Origin: Archangiaceae bacterium
Lineage (GTDB): Bacteria; Myxococcota; Myxococcia; Myxococcales; Myxococcaceae
Direction of reading: 5' to 3'
NCBI GenBank assembly: GCA_043750125.1
Contig: JAYVCD010000084.1
Span: 1-12,983, forward strand
Length of the DNA stretch: 12,983 bases
Below the pieces are notes generated by a model. That model saw only the letters and a list, made by a program, of their open reading frames with translations. It did no database searches and was not told where the DNA came from. Below, piece by piece: positions 7,275 to 12,983 of the stretch (positions are counted from its first letter, which is position 1; every line of letters starts with the position of its first letter). The position numbers were made by a program, and so were the translations under genes.

Positions 7275-8225
7275 GTGGAAGGAATTCTTCGCCAGATTGG
7301 TCGGACCGCCCTGGTTCCGCTGGTGCGAATTGGGCGCGGGTTGCCGGTGCAGGTCTGGGTGAAGTGTGAACACCTCAATCCGGGCGGGTCGGTGAAAGAC
7401 CGCATTGCTTTGGCGATCGTCGACGATGCCCAGTCGCGGGGAGTCCTGCGGCCTGGGATGACATTGATCGAAGCGACCGCGGGGAACACCGGCGTCGGGC
7501 TCGCGCTGATTGCTGCGGCACGCGGCTACTCGCTGGTGTGCGTCATGCCCGAAAAGATGAGCGTCGATAAGCGGGTGGCGCTCACGTCGATGGGGGCACG
7601 GGTGATCATCACTGCGGACGCCGCTCCTTCGAGCCCCGAGAACTTTCGCAACGTGGCGAAGCGGCTGAGCGAAGAGAACGGCTGGTTCTTGACCGATCAG
7701 TTCTGCAACCCGGTGAACGTCCAGGTGCACGAGCGGACCACGGGGGCGGAGATTCTCGAGCAGACGTCGGGGAACGTGGGGGCCTTCGTGGCAGGCGCAG
7801 GCACCGGGGGAACGATTACCGGAGTGGGCCGGACTCTGAAAGCGGCGTTGCCCCGGGTGCAAATCGTCCTCGCCGATCCGGTCGGGTCGGGGCTGGCCGA
7901 CTGGGTCGAGACCGGCACCGTGGGGCCCGATGCCCGGTACGAAGTGGAGGGAATTGGTGGGAGCCAGGCTCCGGAAAATCTGCATCGGGCCGTCATCGAC
8001 GGGGCCGAGCGCGTCAGCGACGCCGAAAGTTTTGCGATGGTGATGCGCCTGGTGCGCGAAGAAGGGTTGCTGGTGGGCGGCTCGGCAGGGACGAATGTCG
8101 TCGCGGCGCTGCGAGTGGCCGCACGGGGCGGGCTGACGGGTCCGGTGGTGACGGTGCTTCCTGATTCGTGGGACCGCTACCGGGCGAAACCCTGGATGCA
8201 GAACTGGTCGCCTCAGGCCGGGTAG
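7275..8225 (+). CDS. PLP-dependent cysteine synthase / cystathionine beta-synthase family enzyme (316 aa)
   Basis: VKCEHLNPGGSVKDRIA (PLP Lys), EATAGNTGVGLA, MPEKMS, DQFCNPVN, GAGTGGT, VEGIG, EEGLLVGGSAG, VLPDS. Confidence 0.93.
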   Translation: MEGILRQIGRTALVPLVRIGRGLPVQVWVKCEHLNPGGSVKDRIALAIVDDAQSRGVLRPGMTLIEATAGNTGVGLALIAAARGYSLVCVMPEKMSVDKRVALTSMGARVIITADAAPSSPENFRNVAKRLSEENGWFLTDQFCNPVNVQVHERTTGAEILEQTSGNVGAFVAGAGTGGTITGVGRTLKAALPRVQIVLADPVGSGLADWVETGTVGPDARYEVEGIGGSQAPENLHRAVIDGAERVSDAESFAMVMRLVREEGLLVGGSAGTNVVAALRVAARGGLTGPVVTVLPDSWDRYRAKPWMQNWSPQAG

Positions 8226-8662
8226 GTCCCGCTGATGTAGTTCTCGAGCTGTTCGATGGTCGAGTCTTGCTCTGAGATGATCCAATTGACGAGGTCGCCG
8301 ATCGAGACCACGCCCACCACCGCGCCTGCCTCGAGCACCGGCAGGTGGCGAACGCGATGCTCGGTCATCAAGCGCATGCAGTCCGCGATCTCATGCCGCG
8401 GTGTTACCCAAATCGGATGTGGGCTGAGAATTTCGCGGACCAGCGTGGCGCGCGAGGAACGGCCTTTGAGCACGACATTGCGCGTGTAATCGCGCTCAGA
8501 GACGACTCCGACCAGCTGGTTCCCTTCCACCACCAGCAAAGCGCCGACGTTCTTCTGAGCCATCATTCGAATGGCTTCAAAAACAGTGGCTTGAGGCGAA
8601 ACAGCCCACACCGAAAATCCTTTGTGCCTCAGAACTGACGCGACTGTGCCTGTTGCTTTCAT
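8213..8662 (-). CDS. Stand-alone CBS-domain pair (Bateman module) protein (149 aa)
   Basis: VSPQATVFEAIRMM...VGALLVV...LVGVVSERD and MTEHRVRHLPVLE...VVGVVSIGDLV. SD AAGGAG upstream of the ATG. Confidence 0.93.
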   Translation of the reverse strand: MKATGTVASVLRHKGFSVWAVSPQATVFEAIRMMAQKNVGALLVVEGNQLVGVVSERDYTRNVVLKGRSSRATLVREILSPHPIWVTPRHEIADCMRLMTEHRVRHLPVLEAGAVVGVVSIGDLVNWIISEQDSTIEQLENYISGTYPA

Positions 8663-8687
8663 CCGCGGTCTCCTTGCTCCCTACAAC

Positions 8688-8704
8688 TGCGACCGGCGGG
8701 CCAG
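8688..8704 (-). promoter_or_regulatory. Putative sigma54 -24/-12 promoter of the CBS-domain gene
   Basis: Minus strand CTGGCCCGCCGGTCGCA has GG-N10-GC spacing and 2 mismatches to YTGGCACGNNNNTTGCW. Predicted +1 near 8677 keeps the SD in a ~15-nt leader. Confidence 0.5.
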
Positions 8705-8736
8705 TCTTCCGGACGCTCTTGGATTCGAGGCGCTGG

Positions 8737-10566
8737 CTAGGGGCTCGGATTGGAGCAGCAGCGAAAGCCGGTGCGTGGGCTCGAATACGCCGCTCCGAAG
8801 CTGTCGTTTCGTCGGTAACACCGCGCGTGGTCCTCTTTGGTGTCCCACCCGCCGCCGAGCAACACGGCATGCTCGGGGCTCTCACCCACCCATTCCTCGA
8901 CGTTGCCGGTCAGATCGTAGATGCCCGCGTCGCCGACGCAGCCGGGCATTTCTCCGGTGTAGACGGGCCGAAACTTCTCGCCCTGCTTGTCGTCCCAGCA
9001 GCGATCCGGCTCGTGATAATCGCCATAGGGGTAGGCGGTTCCTTCGATCATGTCGTCGGCGTATTGGCCGTTGTGGTTGTCATCGACCGCGGCCGCTCCC
9101 TGACAGGCACTGACCCATTCCTCCTCGGTACACAGGCGCTTTCCGGCGGCCGCGCAGGCGTCCCGCGCGGCGAACCAGCTCATACGGGTCGCAGGAATCA
9201 AGTGCTTGCCGGACACCGCCAAAGCCTTGTCGAGCGAGGCCTCGAAGGTGTCGATCGAGAAGTGCAGGGCCCCCAGAGACACCGGCCGCACCGAGGGCAC
9301 ATCGGTCGGAACGGTGTTGAGAACCGCGTCGACGTGGAGCAGCCTCGCCGCATCTCGTGCGACGGCCGAAGTGCTTCCGAGTGCTTCCTCGAGGGCTTTG
9401 GCGACCGCTTCGGCGGCCGTGCCGCCCCGGTAGAGGTTGCCATCGATGTACATCCGCGGGGTCCCTTTGACCGCCAGCAGTCCCCCGAGCTCACCGTCAC
9501 TTTGGATCTGTTGCAGCGGTTGGCGGTGGGCAAGGCACGAATCGAACTTGCCGAGTTCCACTCCCACCTGCTGCGCGTACTGGCGGAGGTTGGCTGCGCC
9601 CAGCTGGTGCTGGTTCTTGTACGCCAGGTCATGGAAGGACCAGAACTTCCCCTGTTCCTGCGCGCAACGCGCAGCCAAGGCGGCCTCGCAAGCGCTGGGG
9701 TGGCGTCTGTTCTTCGCGCTCGGATTGCAGGCGGGATCGAGTGGGTAGTGCTTGAAGACGAAGAGAACGCGGTCGCCGTAGCTGTCGATGACGCGCTTGA
9801 GCTCTGCGCTGGCGCGCTTGCAGAAACCGCATTCCAGATCTGCGAACTCGACCAACACGACCTTCGCCTTCGGGTTTCCCTTCCACGCGTCCGAGGGGTT
9901 GAGAATCATCGCAACAGACTGGTTGTCCTCGTTCGTCACCCGATAGGTCCTTTGGCGCAGCACGGAGCCCTGGTCAGAGCTCTTCGAGGCTGCGCCGGGG
10001 GTGAGCACCTTTCCTCCAGCGGCGATGAGCGCGCTTCGGTGCAACTTCTGCGCTCCGACTGAAAGGACGAGCGCGCCGAGGGCCACTGCGCCCGCCAAAA
10101 GGAAAGCCCGAGCGGTGGGCCGAGCAGGTCTGCCCGCCAGCGAAGAGAGGACGAGAATGGCGACGTTGACCGCATACATCCGTAGGCACCAGCTGCAGAC
10201 GAAGCCGAGCTGAACCTTCGACACGTAGAAGAGGACTGCTGAGAGTGCCGTCGCCGCAGCGCCTGCCGCGACCAGCAGCAGGTGAACTTCGCGCTTGCCG
10301 CGAAGCAGCAACACGGTGAGGACCGCCAGGGTCAGGTAGGTCGCGGCCGCGAAGGTCGCCAACGGGACCCCCGCCCATTCAGACCACTCACTGGTGTTGA
10401 CCAGATCGCAATTTACGCTCGCCGACTCTTCACAGCCGATCAGCGGGCCGTCGGTGCCGGTGCCGTACGCTTGCACCTCGTGGTGCCAGGTCATCAGCAG
10501 ACCCGCGAACAGCCCGAAGGCGAGCACGGCGAGCAGGACGAACAACAACCCACGGTGCAGCCTCAC
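8737..10566 (-). CDS. Three-domain fusion: VKOR + DsbA-type thioredoxin + FGE-sulfatase (C-type lectin fold) domain (609 aa)
   Basis: VKOR: CEESASVNC loop, SEWSEWAGVP, CSWC (10186-10197), about 5 hydrophobic helices. DsbA: GNPKAKVVLVEFADLECGFC (CGFC 9820-9831), FKHYPL, QGKFW, KGTP cis-Pro. FGE-type: IDTFEA, SWFAARDAC...GKRLCTEEEW, YPYG, GIYDLTGNVEEW, GGGW, GFRCC. Confidence 0.9.
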   Translation of the reverse strand: MRLHRGLLFVLLAVLAFGLFAGLLMTWHHEVQAYGTGTDGPLIGCEESASVNCDLVNTSEWSEWAGVPLATFAAATYLTLAVLTVLLLRGKREVHLLLVAAGAAATALSAVLFYVSKVQLGFVCSWCLRMYAVNVAILVLSSLAGRPARPTARAFLLAGAVALGALVLSVGAQKLHRSALIAAGGKVLTPGAASKSSDQGSVLRQRTYRVTNEDNQSVAMILNPSDAWKGNPKAKVVLVEFADLECGFCKRASAELKRVIDSYGDRVLFVFKHYPLDPACNPSAKNRRHPSACEAALAARCAQEQGKFWSFHDLAYKNQHQLGAANLRQYAQQVGVELGKFDSCLAHRQPLQQIQSDGELGGLLAVKGTPRMYIDGNLYRGGTAAEAVAKALEEALGSTSAVARDAARLLHVDAVLNTVPTDVPSVRPVSLGALHFSIDTFEASLDKALAVSGKHLIPATRMSWFAARDACAAAGKRLCTEEEWVSACQGAAAVDDNHNGQYADDMIEGTAYPYGDYHEPDRCWDDKQGEKFRPVYTGEMPGCVGDAGIYDLTGNVEEWVGESPEHAVLLGGGWDTKEDHARCYRRNDSFGAAYSSPRTGFRCCSNPSP

Positions 10567-11045
10567 TTCGCGCCCAGTGCGGCAATCAGCTCGGTGAGCC
10601 CGTGCTCGATTGAAAACCCGGACTTCCGGAACTTCACTGTTCCGTTCTTATCGACCATGAACATCGTCGGCATCACCACCACGTCGAAGCGGGCCATCAC
10701 CGACGACTGGGGGTCGTAGACTACCGGGAGCGCCATCTTCAACTCGCGAATGAACTGTTCGGCTGGGAGGCGGTCCTTGTCGACGTTGACCGCCAGAAAC
10801 GTCACGTCGGGCCGCTGGGCAGCGAGCTCGGCGAGGGCTGGCAGCTCTCGGCGACACGGGCCGCACCAGCTGGCCCAGAAGGAAAGCACCACCGGCTTGC
10901 CCTTGAAGTCGGACAACTTCGACACCTTCCCGTCGGCCAGCTGAAAAAAGACTTCAGGGGCCGCCCTGCCGAGCAGATCTCCTTCGTCGGGGGGAACCAT
11001 CGCGGGACTGGCAAACAACACGAGGGCGACGGCGAGCCGGATCAC
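10563..11045 (-). CDS. TlpA/ResA-family thiol-disulfide oxidoreductase, exported (160 aa)
   Basis: N-terminal hydrophobic signal; LSDFKGKPVVLSFWASWCGPCRRELP, LAVNVD, VMPTMFMVDKNG. Its TGA overlaps the next gene's GTG (GTGA, 10563-10566). Confidence 0.93.
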   Translation of the reverse strand: MIRLAVALVLFASPAMVPPDEGDLLGRAAPEVFFQLADGKVSKLSDFKGKPVVLSFWASWCGPCRRELPALAELAAQRPDVTFLAVNVDKDRLPAEQFIRELKMALPVVYDPQSSVMARFDVVVMPTMFMVDKNGTVKFRKSGFSIEHGLTELIAALGAK

Positions 11046-11110
11046 GGGCTCGCAAAATCACCCTGTTCGATTCGGAGTCAAGGGTCACCCGCGACGAATC
11101 AGCCGGCGCG

Positions 11111-11128
11111 CACAACCAGCGGGTTGTG
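11111..11128. promoter_or_regulatory. Perfect inverted repeat CACAACC-N4-GGTTGTG in the divergent intergenic region (operator-like)
   Basis: 7-bp arms at 11111-11117 and 11122-11128, roughly midway between the TlpA and cytochrome starts. Confidence 0.4.
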
Positions 11129-11181
11129 TGTCAAGGGAGCGCGACTTGAGATTGTCATTTCTTTCCTGTGTGGGCACCCCG

Positions 11182-12978
11182 ATGAGGGCGGTCGGCGCTG
11201 CGCTGTTCCTCTGGGGGTTGGGGGGGTGCACCCGCTCGATCCCGATTTCGCCGCCGCGCGTGCCCGAGCGCGCAGTGACAAGCAACGTGCTGCGTTCGGA
11301 CCACGCGGGGTCACAAACCTGCGCGACCTGTCACGCCGAGCTGTTTGCCGCGTGGGACGCCTCGCCGATGCGGCAGATGACGCGCCACGCGTCGACAGCG
11401 GCGATTCGCGCTCCGGTCGACGGCCCCCGCTTTCACTTCAAGAGCGACGAGACTTCAATGGAGTCCCGCGACGGGCAGCGGCTGCTTCGGTTCACCTCGC
11501 CCCGATTCGCCGACAAGCTGTTCCTCGTCACCAAAGTCATCGGCGGGCGATACCGGGAAGACTTCGTGGGCGCCGAGCTTCTCGATGGCGGATCAGCGAA
11601 GGAGGACCCCCGGGGGCCCGAAGTGATTCTGCCGGTCAGCTGGATCTTCTCGACCCAATCCTGGCGGTACAAGGGCTACTCGACGATGACCCGAGAACGG
11701 CCGTACCTCGCGGCCGGCCCGGTGTGGAAAGAGACCTGCATTTTTTGTCACAACACGCCGCCGCTCATGACGGTGCTGCTCGACGAGCTGCGCGGACCGG
11801 CTGCGCCGCTGTACCAGGGGACAACCGGTGATGCGCTGCTGCCCGCGCGGCTGCGGTTTCACTACCAGGTTCGAGACGGCGAAGCGTTGGTCGGGGCGCT
11901 TTCCGATGAGCTGAAGCTGCTGGGCGAAGGTCACGACTTGTCAGGCACCAAGCCTGCGCCGGCGCTCGACCAGGCCATTCGCGCGACTGCCAAGCACTTC
12001 GATCAGCAGCACCTGCTCGAGCTGGGAATCGGCTGCGAGGCCTGCCACGGAGGAAGCCGGGAACACGTCGAAGATCCTTCAGTGATTCCCTCGTATTTGC
12101 CGGTGAGCCCGATGTTCGCGGTCACCAACCCTGAAGGCCAGGCTCCAACGCGCGCCGAGGCAATGAACCGGGTCTGCGCCCGTTGCCATTCGGTGCTGTT
12201 CTCAAAGTACCCCTTCAGCTGGGAAGGCGGGGACCGTGCCGATCTCGAAGGAGGCAGCCACATCAACTCGGGAGAAGGGCGGGACTTCCTGCTCGGGCAC
12301 TGCTCCAAACAGCTCACCTGCACCGCCTGCCACGATCCTCACCGCGAGGACGAGCGGGGCAAATTGAAGCTGCTGGGAACCCCGGGCAGAGACGGGGTCT
12401 GTCTGCGCTGCCACCCTGCCTTAGGTTCTGCGCAAGCGCGTCAGGCGCACACCCATCACCTGCCGGGCAGCGAAGGGAGCGGGTGCCTGGGCTGCCACAT
12501 GCCGATGAAAAACATCGGGCTGGGGTATGCGGCCACGCGGTACCACCGAATCGGGTCTCCGACGGACAGCGCGCGGGTCGAGAAAGATCGACCGCTCGAG
12601 TGCGCCCTTTGTCACACCGACAAGTCCGTGCTCGAGCTCACGACGTTGATGGAGCAGTGGTGGGGAAAGCAGTTCAGTCGTGCCGCGCTGCAGGCCCTTT
12701 ACGGAAATGACCTGAGCGCGAACGTTTTGCTGACGACCCTGGAACGCGGGCGCCCGCACGAGCAGCTGGCTGCGATCAGCGCGCTCGGATTGAGGCCCGT
12801 GCCGGGGACAGTCGAAGCCCTGGTGAAGCAACTGGCACACCCCTTTCCGCTGGTGAGATTTCAAGCGAAGCGGGCGCTCGAACAGAGCTCAGGGCGAGCG
12901 GTGGACATCGACCTCAACCAGACGCCGGCAGAGCTCGAACCGCAGCTCGAGGTCTGGCTGCACGGCGCAGCTCAGTAA
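11182..12978 (+). CDS. Multiheme (8 x CxxCH) cytochrome c, probable lipoprotein, with C-terminal HEAT-like repeat (~598 aa)
   Basis: CATCH, CIFCH, CEACH, CARCH, CTACH, CLRCH, CLGCH, CALCH. From ATG 11182, MRAVGAALFLWGLGG-C gives a lipobox. C-terminal AAISALG...ALVKQLAHPFPLVRFQAKRAL is HEAT-like. Confidence 0.9.
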   Translation: MRAVGAALFLWGLGGCTRSIPISPPRVPERAVTSNVLRSDHAGSQTCATCHAELFAAWDASPMRQMTRHASTAAIRAPVDGPRFHFKSDETSMESRDGQRLLRFTSPRFADKLFLVTKVIGGRYREDFVGAELLDGGSAKEDPRGPEVILPVSWIFSTQSWRYKGYSTMTRERPYLAAGPVWKETCIFCHNTPPLMTVLLDELRGPAAPLYQGTTGDALLPARLRFHYQVRDGEALVGALSDELKLLGEGHDLSGTKPAPALDQAIRATAKHFDQQHLLELGIGCEACHGGSREHVEDPSVIPSYLPVSPMFAVTNPEGQAPTRAEAMNRVCARCHSVLFSKYPFSWEGGDRADLEGGSHINSGEGRDFLLGHCSKQLTCTACHDPHREDERGKLKLLGTPGRDGVCLRCHPALGSAQARQAHTHHLPGSEGSGCLGCHMPMKNIGLGYAATRYHRIGSPTDSARVEKDRPLECALCHTDKSVLELTTLMEQWWGKQFSRAALQALYGNDLSANVLLTTLERGRPHEQLAAISALGLRPVPGTVEALVKQLAHPFPLVRFQAKRALEQSSGRAVDIDLNQTPAELEPQLEVWLHGAAQ

Positions 12979-12983
12979 GGCCC

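Noticed and set aside
8737-8900. FGE/C-type-lectin C-terminus as a diversity-generating retroelement target
   Set aside because: No reverse transcriptase and no template-repeat copy of this segment was seen in the window. A remote DGR cannot be excluded.
8737-9270. True formylglycine-generating enzyme / sulfatase maturation locus
   Set aside because: The catalytic CxxxxC motif is absent and no sulfatase gene is present.
8653-10062. 469-aa plus-strand ORF, and similar long antisense ORFs (593-1711, 2396-3370, 7164-8285)
   Set aside because: Stop-poor antisense frames are expected in high-GC coding DNA. Each overlaps a motif-supported gene and shows no domain signature.
1-12983. tRNA/rRNA, CRISPR array, IS/transposase, prophage or integron features
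   Set aside because: None seen. Intergenic gaps are all under about 140 bp, and there are no regularly spaced repeats or recombinase motifs.

Overview
GC-rich bacterial chromosomal window with no sign of a mobile element. The RelA, DksA and kinase/FHA sequences look myxobacterial (Myxococcota-like; an inference, not a search result). It holds 14 CDS in three blocks. (1) Signalling block, 1-5938: 5' part of relA (minus strand, absent from the ORF track), a Zn-ribbon/tandem-FHA protein, a membrane Ser/Thr kinase with a TPR-like tail, a second tandem-FHA protein, dksA, a divergent DacZ-type diadenylate cyclase and a small PHA_gran_rgn-like protein. (2) Metabolic block, 5960-8662: O-methyltransferase, a Cys-rich CxxCxxCC/DUF3109-like protein, a PLP cysteine/cystathionine synthase and a stand-alone CBS-pair protein with a sigma54-like promoter. 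(3) Envelope redox block, 8737-12978: a TlpA-type thioredoxin translationally coupled to an unusual VKOR-DsbA-FGE/C-type-lectin-fold fusion, divergent from an eight-CxxCH lipoprotein cytochrome c with a HEAT-like tail. The best candidates for undescribed biology are the triple fusion with its TlpA and octaheme neighbours, and the clustering of (p)ppGpp, DksA, c-di-AMP and pThr-signalling genes. All family calls come from motifs recognised by eye; no database search was run.
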